NCBI GenBank assembly: GCA_041687115.1
Contig: JAWLCP010000001.1
Span: 22,283-86,282 of the forward strand
Length of the DNA stretch: 64,000 bases
DNA from: Anaerolineae bacterium
GTDB taxonomy: Bacteria > Chloroflexota > Anaerolineae > B4-G1
Direction: 5' to 3'
Shown here: positions 1 to 9,117 of the stretch, piece by piece
How positions within the stretch are numbered: the stretch's first letter is position 1
How the letters are laid out: the number at the start of each line of letters is the position of its first letter
Notes under the pieces: generated by a model
What the model was told of the DNA's origin: nothing
The model's database searches: none
The model's input: the letters and a program-made list of their open reading frames with translations, nothing else
Made by a program: the position numbers and the translations under genes

Positions 1-1451
1 AGAGAGTACTGGCCGAGGCCGAGCCTCGGCCTGCCCATGGTCGTCCCAGACTCTCCATCGACCGAGTCTTCACCATCAGCGGCTTCGGCACGGTCGTCAC
101 CGGTACGCTCGTCGATGGGCACCTTCAGCTAGGGCAGGAGGTAGAGATACAGCCTCAAGGGCTCCGGGGTCGAGTGCGTGGTCTTCAGACGCACAAGGAA
201 GAGGTCGAGCGGGCCGTACCGGGCAGCCGGGTGGCGGTCAATCTGAGCGGGATCGACAAGGACGAGTTAAAGCGCGGGGACGTCGTTACCTCTCCCGGCT
301 GGCTCCACGCGACGACGTTGGTGGACGTCCGACTGCGTTACCTTCCTGATATCATCTGGTCAGACTTGGGTCAGTTCGCGCAGCGGTCCTTGCGTCACAA
401 CACCCAACTCAAGTTCTACACCGGGGCCGCTGAGGTCATGGCCCGTGTTCGGCTCCTGGGCGAGGAAGCCCTCTTGCCCGGCCAGACAGGGTTTGTTCAG
501 CTAGAGCTTCAAGAACCGGTCGCTGTGGTCAGAGGCGATCGCTACATCGTCCGTCTGCCTTCGCCTCCAGCAACGGTTGGTGGGGGCACCGTGGTGGATC
601 CCTACCCTGGTCGCAAGCATCGCCGATTCCGTCCCGAGGTTGTTGACCGTCTGGAGACCCTCGCCGACGGGAGTCCACCGGCGATCCTGCTGCAGACTCT
701 CGAGCGGAAAGGTCCTGTCAGTGTTCGCCAACTGTTGGAGGCTGCCAGACTGGGAGACGGTGCTTCGGAAGCCCTCCTCCAGCTCCTGAGCGAGGGTCAG
801 GCTATGCTGTTGGCGGGAGAGGGCGGGCAGGAGCTCCAGAACATAGAGCGAGTCGCTTCCGCCAAGCAGTTGGTGGTCAGCAAGATTTGGTGGTCCAAGC
901 TGGTGACCCGCATGGTCAGTGAGCTATCAGCCCATCACGGATCGTTTCCTTTGCGGAGAGGCATGCCTCGAGAGGCGCTGCGCAGCAGCCTGCACCTGGC
1001 ACCCAAGGTGTTCGATGCGGCGATGGCGCAGGCGGACGCAGAGGGTGTTGTTGCTGATGAAGGAGCTACCGTGCGCTTGGCGTCCCACACCGTCCGGTTC
1101 ACGTCTGAGCAGCGGCGACAGGTGGAAGATCTTCTGGCTCGTTTCCGGCGCGAACCCTACGCCCCCCCGTCGGTCAAGGAGAGTGTTGATCTTGTGGGAG
1201 AGGAAGCGCTAAATGTCTTGCTGAAGCGCGGAGAACTGGTGCAGGTCTCCGAGGACGTCTTGTTCTTATCGGAGACCTACGAGGAGATGGTTCAGCGGGT
1301 TAAGGACCAGATCCAGCGTCACGGGGGCGTCACCCTCGCCGAGGTTCGAGACACGTTCGGATCCAGCCGCAAGTACATTCAGGCTCTCTTGGAGCACCTA
1401 GACGAGGTCGGTGTGACGAAGCGAGTTGGCGACAGGCGGGTCCTCCGCTAG
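1..1451 (+). CDS. selB: Selenocysteine-specific elongation factor SelB, C-terminal part; the 5' end lies outside the window
   Basis: Reading frame is open from base 3. Translation RLSIDRVFTISGFGTVVTGTLVDGHLQLGQEVEIQP matches EF-Tu/SelB domain II. It is followed by the long C-terminal winged-helix region typical of SelB. Stop at 1451. Confidence 0.85.
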   Translation, partial: RVLAEAEPRPAHGRPRLSIDRVFTISGFGTVVTGTLVDGHLQLGQEVEIQPQGLRGRVRGLQTHKEEVERAVPGSRVAVNLSGIDKDELKRGDVVTSPGWLHATTLVDVRLRYLPDIIWSDLGQFAQRSLRHNTQLKFYTGAAEVMARVRLLGEEALLPGQTGFVQLELQEPVAVVRGDRYIVRLPSPPATVGGGTVVDPYPGRKHRRFRPEVVDRLETLADGSPPAILLQTLERKGPVSVRQLLEAARLGDGASEALLQLLSEGQAMLLAGEGGQELQNIERVASAKQLVVSKIWWSKLVTRMVSELSAHHGSFPLRRGMPREALRSSLHLAPKVFDAAMAQADAEGVVADEGATVRLASHTVRFTSEQRRQVEDLLARFRREPYAPPSVKESVDLVGEEALNVLLKRGELVQVSEDVLFLSETYEEMVQRVKDQIQRHGGVTLAEVRDTFGSSRKYIQALLEHLDEVGVTKRVGDRRVLR

Positions 1452-1504
1452 AGACTCGGGGTCGCGACGACGGACATCGTCTATCGCGTCTCGAATGTCT
1501 TGCC

Positions 1505-2851
1505 TCACGACTTCTGCCTCATCTCCTTAAGTCGCTCGATGATCTGTCGCTCGTAGCCATGCCCCTTTGGCTTGAACCACTCCGCGTCGACCCCCTCTGG
1601 CAGGTAGCGCTGGTCGACCCATCCTTCTGGATAGGCATGCGGGTACTTGTACCCTTCGTGCTCTCCCATCGTCTGCTCGTAGTGCTCGCGCAGTTCGCCC
1701 CGGAACACGTCGCCCTTGTCGCGTAGGTACACGGGAATTGGGCCGACACCGTGCTCCTTGATCTCCTTCAGTGCCTTCCAGTATGCGCCGACGGAGTTGG
1801 ACTTGGGCGCGGTGGCCAGGTATAGCGTCGCCATCGCCAGGTGGTACTGGCCCTCTGGCATCCCTACCCACTCGAAGGCCTGAGCGCAAGCGCTGACCAC
1901 CTGGACTCCGTCAGGGTCGGCCAGGCCGATGTCCTCGGCCGCCAGGATGTATAGCCGGCGCAGGATGAAGCGCGGATCCTCGCCTGCAGCAACCATCTTG
2001 GCCAGCCAGTAGAGTGCTGCGTCAGGATCGCTGCCGCGAACCGACTTGATGAAAGCTGAGACGGTGTCGTAGTGCTGATCGCCGGTCTTATCGTAGCGCA
2101 ATGCGCGTTGCTGGATCGAATCCTCGGCCACGTCCAGAGGAATATGGATCGTGCCGTCCTCCCCAGGTGGCGTGCTTTCGACGGCCAACTCCAGAGCGTT
2201 AAGGGCGTCTCTGGCGTCGCCCCCAGCCACGCGCACCAGGTGGGCCAATGCCTCATGGCTGATCCGGACGTTGCGACCGCCGTATCCGTGTACTCGGTCC
2301 TCAAGAGCCTGATTGAGGATAGCCTCTACCTCGTCGTCAGCCAGCGGCTCGAACTGGAAGATTCGCGAGCGGGAGACCAAAGGACCGATGACCTCGAAGT
2401 AGGGGTTCTCCGTCGTGGCACCGATGAGCACGATGGTGCCGTCCTCCACATGTGGCAGCAACGCGTCTTGCTGTGCCTTGTTCCAGCGGTGAATCTCGTC
2501 TACGAAGAGGATTGTGCGTTGGCCGTACATCCCTAACCGATCTTCTGCTTGCTTGATGATGCGCCGTAGATCGGGCACCCCAGCTAGTACGGCGCTGATG
2601 GTCTCGAAGTGTCTCTCGGTCGAGTTCGCGATGATCGTCGCCAGAGTCGTCTTGCCCGTGCCCGGGGGGCCCCAGAAGATGAGCGACGAGAAGAGCCGAT
2701 CAGCCTCAATCGCACGGCGCAGCAGCCGGCCCTCGCCGACAATCTTCTCCTGGCCGACGAAGCCCTCTAGGCTGCTGGGGCGCACGCGTGCTGCCAAAGG
2801 GGCCTTGCGGCGAATCTGTTCTTTGCGGCTGTGGTCAAACAGGTCGTCCAT
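1505..2851 (-). CDS. rarA: Recombination factor RarA/MgsA (AAA+ ATPase)
   Basis: Walker A GPPGTGKTT, Walker B LFVDEIHR, and the C-terminal MgsA domain (YDKTGDQHYDTVSAFIKSVRGSD). The ORF is open to 2890; the likely start is Met at 2851 (MDDLFD...). Confidence 0.85.
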   Translation of the reverse strand: MDDLFDHSRKEQIRRKAPLAARVRPSSLEGFVGQEKIVGEGRLLRRAIEADRLFSSLIFWGPPGTGKTTLATIIANSTERHFETISAVLAGVPDLRRIIKQAEDRLGMYGQRTILFVDEIHRWNKAQQDALLPHVEDGTIVLIGATTENPYFEVIGPLVSRSRIFQFEPLADDEVEAILNQALEDRVHGYGGRNVRISHEALAHLVRVAGGDARDALNALELAVESTPPGEDGTIHIPLDVAEDSIQQRALRYDKTGDQHYDTVSAFIKSVRGSDPDAALYWLAKMVAAGEDPRFILRRLYILAAEDIGLADPDGVQVVSACAQAFEWVGMPEGQYHLAMATLYLATAPKSNSVGAYWKALKEIKEHGVGPIPVYLRDKGDVFRGELREHYEQTMGEHEGYKYPHAYPEGWVDQRYLPEGVDAEWFKPKGHGYERQIIERLKEMRQKS

Positions 2852-3145
2852 ACCTAGCTCACTCTCGATACTTGTCCAGGAGAGACCCACTCTCCTGGTT
2901 GTCTCTCAGCAATGTACCTATTCTAGACCAGGGGACGCTTCGCGACAAGGTGTCGATGCGAGAGCGGACCGTACCTCTACACGGTATCGTCCCACCGAGA
3001 CAAGCCCTTCCTGGCTGCAACCGGTCACTTGATCGGGTGCACACCGGGTCAGCCGGTCAGTAAGAGGGCTCTCCGCCTCGCCGCTTCACAGACCCCCGCG
3101 CAGCGGTGTGGATCATCGCACGGTGCCCTTCTCCGAACCGGCCCC

Positions 3146-3177
3146 AGGTGGTAGTTTCTGCGCTGTAGTGTTATAAT
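3146..3177 (+). promoter_or_regulatory. Candidate promoter with extended -10 (TGTTATAAT) for amrB-amrA
   Basis: TATAAT at 3172-3177 preceded by TG. The -35 (TGGTAG) is weak. Confidence 0.35.
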
Positions 3178-3202
3178 GTGACATGCAAGGCTTGTTGGCA
3201 GT

Positions 3203-4048
3203 TTGTCTTTCATGCTGTCAGTCTCTGATGACGCTATGGAGGTGCTGATGACCGAGCTACCTGTCCGACGACCAGCTGTGGCTGGACAGTTCTACCCGGC
3301 AGATTCCGGCCGGCTTCGACGCCAGATTCAGCAGTTCATCGAGCAAGCGTCGCTCCCCGAGCAGCTTGCCGCGGTAAGGGCGGTTATGGCCCCGCACGCT
3401 GGGTATGTTTACTCGGGGCCGACAGCTGGATACGCCTTCAAGGCGTTGCAGCAGCTCCCTTCTAGATCCTGGACTGTCTTCCTGCTTGGACCGGCCCACC
3501 GCGTACCTGTGAACGGCGTGGCCCTGGGCAACTACTCGGCTTTTCGCACGCCTCTTGGAGACGCTCCCGTCGCTGTCGAGCGCGTCGAGGACATGTTGGA
3601 GCGCTCGTCGCTGTACACGCGGGCGCCGGAGGCTCACGCTCATGAGCACTGCCTCGAGGTCGAGGTTCCGTTTCTTCAGACAGTCCTGCTCGGCTGTCGG
3701 TTGGTCCCTATGTTGTTTGGACGGGTGGACCCCGACGACGTGGTTAAGGATCTCGTTGATCGGGTCGGCGAGGATGATCTGATCGTTGTCTCCACGGATC
3801 TGAGCCATTTCTATCCGTACGGAACGGCTCAGCAGCTCGACCAGGACTTTCTGGACGCCCTGATGCGGGGCGACAAGCGTGAAGTCATGAAGGGGGAGGC
3901 CTGCGGGCGAGCGCCGGCGGCGGTGCTTGCGGAGATAGCTCGGCGGAAAGCCTGGGCCCCTCGTCTGCTCGACTACCGCAACTCCGGTGACACGGCGGGG
4001 GATAAGTCACGGGTTGTGGGCTATGCTGCGGTCGCTTACACAAGCTGA
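3203..4048 (+). CDS. amrB: AmmeMemoRadiSam system protein B (MEMO1-like)
   Basis: RPAVAGQFYPAD ... VMAPHAGYVYSGPTAGYAF ... LLGPAHR motifs of the MEMO1/DUF52 family. An alternative start is at 3248. Confidence 0.8.
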   Translation: MSFMLSVSDDAMEVLMTELPVRRPAVAGQFYPADSGRLRRQIQQFIEQASLPEQLAAVRAVMAPHAGYVYSGPTAGYAFKALQQLPSRSWTVFLLGPAHRVPVNGVALGNYSAFRTPLGDAPVAVERVEDMLERSSLYTRAPEAHAHEHCLEVEVPFLQTVLLGCRLVPMLFGRVDPDDVVKDLVDRVGEDDLIVVSTDLSHFYPYGTAQQLDQDFLDALMRGDKREVMKGEACGRAPAAVLAEIARRKAWAPRLLDYRNSGDTAGDKSRVVGYAAVAYTS

Positions 4049-4081
4049 AGCCGGTTGTCTAGCTAAGGAGAGACTGCCAGA

Positions 4082-4645
4082 ATGCCACTGTCGTCAGAGG
4101 AGCGACGATACCTGCTGAATCTAGCACGCGAGTCTATCGCCTGTGCTGTGGAGGGCAAGGACCTGCCATCCATCGATGCGGACGAAGTTCCTGAAGCTGT
4201 TCTGCGTGATGGAGCGAGCTTCGTTACCTTGAACAAGCGCGGGCGTCTTCGTGGCTGCATCGGCTCGCTCGAGGCCAGGCGTCCTTTGGTGCTGGACGTC
4301 CAGCAGAATGCCGTAGCGGCGGCGCTCCGTGATCCTCGCTTCCCCCCAGTCCGCCCAGAGGAGGTTGATGATCTGAATACTGAGGTCTCGGTCCTCAGCC
4401 TCCCGGAGCCTTTGGAGTACGATGGTGTCGAAGACCTGTTCGAAAAGCTGCGCCCAGGAGTGGATGGGGTGGTCATAGAGCGAGGATGGCACCGAGCTAC
4501 GTTCCTCCCTCAGGTGTGGGAGAAACTCCCGGACGAACGTCAGTTCCTTCAACGCCTTTGCCTGAAGGCAGGTCTCCCTCCGGATGCATATCGAGGTGAT
4601 GTGGACATCTTTACCTATCAGGTGCAGGAGTTCGAGGAGGAATGA
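4082..4645 (+). CDS. amrA: AmmeMemoRadiSam system protein A (AMMECR1 domain)
   Basis: AMMECR1 signature FVTLNKRGRLRGCIGSLEARRPL ... LRDPRFPPV. Lies immediately downstream of amrB on the same strand. Confidence 0.8.
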   Translation: MPLSSEERRYLLNLARESIACAVEGKDLPSIDADEVPEAVLRDGASFVTLNKRGRLRGCIGSLEARRPLVLDVQQNAVAAALRDPRFPPVRPEEVDDLNTEVSVLSLPEPLEYDGVEDLFEKLRPGVDGVVIERGWHRATFLPQVWEKLPDERQFLQRLCLKAGLPPDAYRGDVDIFTYQVQEFEEE

Positions 4646-4733
4646 GTTCCTCCTGAGCCGGGAAATAGATCGGACGGAGCCTGGGTCTGCGATCCCGTCG
4701 TGGATTCAGTTGGGGGGCAGATCGTCCGGCCTC

Positions 4734-5948
4734 CTACGACTCCACACTGATCTCAATGATGCGCTCGCCCTGGGGTACAACCTCGAAGAAGGTGCTTCCA
4801 ACCTTGAAGGGGAGCGCGTTCCCCTCGCCGTCCGCAAGCGTGAGCATATCATGTCGCTCTTCTCGGTTCCAGATTCCGTCGAAGCGCTTTCCGTCTCGGA
4901 AGAGGATGGCCTGGCGATAGGGGTTGTCTTTGTTCCACAACGCCCATTGGATGGAGCGCGCACCGCTGTGGGGGTCCTCTACGATGTTTGTGCTCCACTG
5001 CGAGACGTAGAGCACCACGACGTTGGCGGCACCGAGTTGCTCCCCGGTTAGGGCGTCGGTGTGTGCCGCACCATCGGTCCAGCGCAGATAGCGTCCGCTG
5101 CCCTCGTCGTAGCGCCACTCCGCATTCAGTCGGTTCCACGGAATCACGATCGTCTTGGCGGGACCGCTCATCTGCAGGTCGGGGCCGGGCTTCTCGGAGA
5201 ACGTCATCCCTTCCAGATCCTGCCTTCCTTCAATACCTCGCGCCTCTGCCCACTCCCGCACCAGAGCAGGACTGGTGTACATCGTATGCTCCAGCGGTAC
5301 GTTCCGGCTGTGATCTCGGTAGAACGGACGGGGCTGGATTGTCTTTGGCAGGCTGTCTGAGACGACCCAGTCTGGAAAGAGGTCCGAGTCCTTGAAGAGC
5401 GCCAGAACACCGTTGCTGAATCCCGAGTTGGCGAAGACGGCCTTGTACATCGCGGGGATTTCCAGGTCGATGAGTCGCCCACTGCGCATCGGGCCCACAC
5501 GCTCTGGCGACTCGCCGAGGTAGACAGCGGTCCAGCGAGTCGCGAACCAGCCCTCGTTATAATGCTCGTAGATCAGGTCGGCGCCGTTGATGCCAGCTTG
5601 AGGACGCACGTAGCTCCCTGGCCAGTTGGAGATCTTTATCGCCACCGGGACCCGGTCCAGCTTACTCGGGTCGTCCACGATCTCTCCGGTCAGCGGATTG
5701 ACATCTTCTGGCCAAGGCGTGGGCGTTGGCGTCGCTGCCGGGGTGGGAGTCGAGGTCGGCAATGGCGTAGCGGTTGGCTCGGGCGTTCTGGTCGCCGTCG
5801 TTGGAGCTTGGGTTGCGGATCGCGTGGGGGTTGGGGGGACGTTGCTTCTGAGGCAGCCTCCCAGCAGGGCAGACGTGGCCGCCACGACGGCTATCCCAGC
5901 TGTGATGAGAGCCAACGTGCGCAGTCGTCGATCAAGATGTGAGCTCAT
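4734..5948 (-). CDS. DUF3048-family lipoprotein with Pro/Thr-rich linker
   Basis: N-terminal signal peptide plus lipobox (LLGGC), a TPTP low-complexity linker, then a conserved DUF3048-like body (AIKISNWPGSYVRPQAGINGADLIYE...). Confidence 0.6.
   Translation of the reverse strand: MSSHLDRRLRTLALITAGIAVVAATSALLGGCLRSNVPPTPTRSATQAPTTATRTPEPTATPLPTSTPTPAATPTPTPWPEDVNPLTGEIVDDPSKLDRVPVAIKISNWPGSYVRPQAGINGADLIYEHYNEGWFATRWTAVYLGESPERVGPMRSGRLIDLEIPAMYKAVFANSGFSNGVLALFKDSDLFPDWVVSDSLPKTIQPRPFYRDHSRNVPLEHTMYTSPALVREWAEARGIEGRQDLEGMTFSEKPGPDLQMSGPAKTIVIPWNRLNAEWRYDEGSGRYLRWTDGAAHTDALTGEQLGAANVVVLYVSQWSTNIVEDPHSGARSIQWALWNKDNPYRQAILFRDGKRFDGIWNREERHDMLTLADGEGNALPFKVGSTFFEVVPQGERIIEISVES
5705..5835 (-). 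repeat. Pro/Thr-rich low-complexity linker repeats in the DUF3048 lipoprotein
   Basis: PTPTRSATQAPTTATRTPEPTATPLPTSTPTPAATPTPTP. Confidence 0.5.
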
Positions 5949-6025
5949 TCTGCTTCATTCCTCCCTCCGGCTACTTACGCTGCAACGGATTATAGCATGA
6001 GCAAGATGCGCGGCAACTACTTCAC

Positions 6026-6054
6026 TTTTCACTCCGGGGGTCGGGTGGTATACT
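6026..6054 (+). promoter_or_regulatory. Candidate promoter TTTTCA-17-TGgTATACT for the 752-aa orphan gene
   Basis: Correct 17-nt spacing, 38 nt upstream of ATG 6092. Confidence 0.35.
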
Positions 6055-6091
6055 GAGGTGGTCCACACGGTGCGGAGCAGGGGGATGACGT

Positions 6092-8350
6092 ATGCTTGAA
6101 CGGGGCCAGTTCTTTCCTGGTCAGCCGGGAGCGCAGGGATGCCCGCTGGCTCACTACCGGCCTCGGCAGCGGGCGCGAGCTGTTTCGGATTACGTGCGAG
6201 CTCTCACGGCGCCAGGTGATCTTGTGGTGGATCTATTCTGCCAGGGCCCGAGGTTCGTGCGGGAAACGGTCGAGATGGGACGCCGTGCTCTGGGTTGCAG
6301 CATCAACCCTCTGCTGCTTCTCTCTGCTCGTCTGAGGTTGCGACCTCTGGATCGCCAGGCCCTCAGTTCGGCTTTCACCCTCCTGGCCGACAGCCTCAAA
6401 GGGAACAGGCCTCTCCAGAGCCATCTGCTCTCTCTTTACCGCTCTGCGTGTCCAGTCTGCCAGACACCAGGTGTGGCAGACTGGTTTGCCTGGGACCGGG
6501 ATCTGGGCTACCCGTTCGAGAAAGGCGTTCGCTGCGGGGAATGTGGGGGAGTGCAGGTCGGGCCTGCGGACGGGGACGATATCGCCTTGGCGCGCTCCTT
6601 CGCGCCTCGGGGGCTGGCTTATTACTACGCGCTGGATCGAGCAGCCCCCCCGGGTCATCCTGCCCGAGAACGAGCTGCTGAGTTGGTTGACTGCTATACG
6701 CCACGTAATCTGTCTGCTTTGATGGACCTGAACCGCCGGCTCGAGGGCCTGAAGGTCGCCCCTGAAGTCGAAGTAGCCCTGATGGCGGTGCTCCTCGACT
6801 GCTTTGACCGCGGAAGCAAGCTCTATCCTTACGGCGAGGATCGCCGGCGGCCACGCACCCTGCGGATTCCAGTTCGCTATCTCGAACGGAACGTCTGGTT
6901 CTCGTTCGAGGGCGGATTAGCAGACCTGGAATCCGCTGAATCCCAGGCGGCGATCCCAGAGGCTGAGGACGCGCGCTTGCTGGTGGAAGGTGAGAGCGAC
7001 CGATACGCGTTGGTCGCGCGTGCCGCTCGTGACGTTCAGCAAGTCATCCCAGCCACGAGTGTGGCTCTGGTGCTCGTCGATCCGCCCCGTCCTGATGGTG
7101 TCTTCTGGGCTCTGTCAGCCCTTTGGGCAACGTGGTTGTGGGACTCGTCTGAAGCCCACGCGATGCGACCCTTTCTCCGGCGACGCCGTTTCGATTGGGA
7201 CTGGCATTGGCGTGCACTTCGAGGAGCCCTGACGGTCATTGGCTCGCGTCTCGCTGCCGATGGATCTCTGGTCACGCTCTTCGAGACATCGGACGACGCC
7301 TTGTTGGAGTCGGTGTGCCTGGCGGCAAGCGGGGCAGGCTATGACCTTCGTGGCTGGGGCTACACGCCTGAGGTTGGCTACCATCTCCTCTGGCGCTGGG
7401 AAGGTGCTCGCGCGGCGCGGTCTATCGATGCACCGGTGCTGGAGAGAAGGATGGTCGCAGGTGCAGAGCAAGCGACTGAGCAGGCCCTGCATCAACGGGG
7501 GGAGCCAACTTCAGAGTCGCTGCTACACGCTGGAATCCATACGTCTTTGGCCAAGAGTTCACTCCTGGCCGCTGTTGCAGGACTGGACGATGACGTGTCC
7601 GCGATGGCCTTCGCCGCCGAGGCCGCGGATCGGGGTTTCTCGGGTGCCCCTATCACAGAGCTTCGTCAGGAAGGGACTGATGTGTTGTGGTGGCTGCACC
7701 AGGCTCAGGGCGTGACTGATACATTGGCCGATCGGATTGAGACAGCGGTTCGGCGCTTGCTTGGCGAGCGGATGGCCTGGCCCGAGAATGACTTGGTCAA
7801 TGCTGTGTATGCTCGTTTCCCGGACGTGCTTACGCCAGACCTCACGCTGGTGCACGTCTGCATCGAATCGTATGCGATCCGTGATGGCGGGGAGATATGC
7901 CTGCGCCCGGAGGATGATCTCCACCGTCGACAGCGCGAGGTTGATCATGTACGCGATGGTCTGCTGGCGATGGGTGAACGGCTTGGATACCATGCGGTTG
8001 AGGGTGGGGTCTGGGATGTTCGCTGGCTTGGAGAGGGACGTGAGACGTACGTCTTTGTTATCTCCTCGACGGCGACCATAGCTCCCTACCTGCTAGACAC
8101 GGAGCTGTACCCTGTGGAAGCGCAGCGCTGTCTGGTCGTGCCGGGCGGTCGGGCGCGGTTGATCGATCTGAAGCTGCGACGTGATCCCCGCCTGACAGCT
8201 GCGGTCAGAGAAGGCGGCTGGCAGTTCATCAAGTTTCGGCATCTCCGTCGCCTCATGGCCGAGAAAGACCTGGATCGCTATGCATTCAAGACGGTCGTGG
8301 GGCTTGATCCTATCGTCGAGCAGGAGGGAGCTCAGATACCGCTGTTCTGA
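6092..8350 (+). CDS. Large hypothetical protein (752 aa) with degenerate methyltransferase-like motifs and a Cys4 zinc ribbon
   Basis: Good RBS (AGGGGGA) before ATG at 6092. Motif I-like DLVVDLFCQGP...GRRALGCSINP. C4 ribbon CPVCQ...CGECGG. Motif IV-like LVLVDPPRPDG that lacks the aromatic residue. The C-terminal ~250 aa has no recognisable motifs. Codon bias is coding-like across the whole ORF. Confidence 0.6.
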   Translation: MLERGQFFPGQPGAQGCPLAHYRPRQRARAVSDYVRALTAPGDLVVDLFCQGPRFVRETVEMGRRALGCSINPLLLLSARLRLRPLDRQALSSAFTLLADSLKGNRPLQSHLLSLYRSACPVCQTPGVADWFAWDRDLGYPFEKGVRCGECGGVQVGPADGDDIALARSFAPRGLAYYYALDRAAPPGHPARERAAELVDCYTPRNLSALMDLNRRLEGLKVAPEVEVALMAVLLDCFDRGSKLYPYGEDRRRPRTLRIPVRYLERNVWFSFEGGLADLESAESQAAIPEAEDARLLVEGESDRYALVARAARDVQQVIPATSVALVLVDPPRPDGVFWALSALWATWLWDSSEAHAMRPFLRRRRFDWDWHWRALRGALTVIGSRLAADGSLVTLFETSDDALLESVCLAASGAGYDLRGWGYTPEVGYHLLWRWEGARAARSIDAPVLERRMVAGAEQATEQALHQRGEPTSESLLHAGIHTSLAKSSLLAAVAGLDDDVSAMAFAAEAADRGFSGAPITELRQEGTDVLWWLHQAQGVTDTLADRIETAVRRLLGERMAWPENDLVNAVYARFPDVLTPDLTLVHVCIESYAIRDGGEICLRPEDDLHRRQREVDHVRDGLLAMGERLGYHAVEGGVWDVRWLGEGRETYVFVISSTATIAPYLLDTELYPVEAQRCLVVPGGRARLIDLKLRRDPRLTAAVREGGWQFIKFRHLRRLMAEKDLDRYAFKTVVGLDPIVEQEGAQIPLF

Positions 8351-8391
8351 GTCGACAAGTCACAGAGATGCGGCGGTGACGGCAAGAGCGA

Positions 8392-8420
8392 TTGACGGTC
8401 AATGCCACTGGTAGTATAAT
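8392..8420 (+). promoter_or_regulatory. Near-consensus sigma70-type promoter TTGACG-17-TATAAT
   Basis: 5/6 match at -35, perfect -10, exact 17-nt spacer. The next annotated + gene (korD) starts ~690 nt downstream. Confidence 0.55.
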
Positions 8421-9117
8421 CTCAGACAGCATGCTGGACAATGCGGCCTTAACACAATCCAATCATGTCTTTGTCACGGGTGCCAGCGTAGGCATCTCAC
8501 CCTCGACCCCGATAGCACGGCGTAAACGGTGCCCGGGTGGCAGGATTCTATTATGAAGCATTCGGTCGTTCGCTTTGCGCTCATCGCCGCGGCGGCCACC
8601 GAGGCTTCCGGCCGTCGTTTTACCCGCGATGAACAGGCATCAGTGACCGACTCCGCCTTTCCTCCTTTGGCCGATCCATCCTTCGTCGCAATCGCTCCCA
8701 GCCGTCAGCAGGCGTGTGTCAACAGAGCGCGTGCCACTGGCGAGGAACGTGCAGGTTGTGGCGCGCCCCCGGCTGGCTGCGAGCTGTGCGCTTCCAAGGT
8801 GGATTGCCCTGTACGCGAGGACGGAGATGCGAGCCGCTCTCTGCTACGAATGGGCAGCTAGGATGTCGGTGGCTGGGCTGGACGGTGCCGTCTCCGCTTC
8901 AGATGTGACGTGTCGGTTATCGGTACTGACGGATCTTGTGAGTTCTCTCTCGTTGAGAAGTGACGTCGTGCACTACAGAGGCTCTGTATCAGTGCTTATG
9001 ATGCGGCTGATTGCTGGGACACGATCTGCAACGCGAGATGCGAAACGATGGTCACTGGGTCATGGGAAATCGTATCTTGCGCATAGGCTTCGATTCTAGG
9101 TACGGGGAGGCAAAGTA

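Noticed and set aside
4706-5500. Several 85-155-aa ORFs on both strands inside the DUF3048 gene
   Set aside because: They are nested within a gene that has a signal peptide, lipobox and conserved domain. They show no RBS or motifs.
6092-8350. Calling the 752-aa protein an active DNA N6/N4 methyltransferase or a restriction-modification fusion
   Set aside because: The glycine-rich loop and the DPPY aromatic residue are both degenerate, and no cognate restriction or specificity gene is adjacent. It is kept as a hypothetical protein and flagged as a finding.
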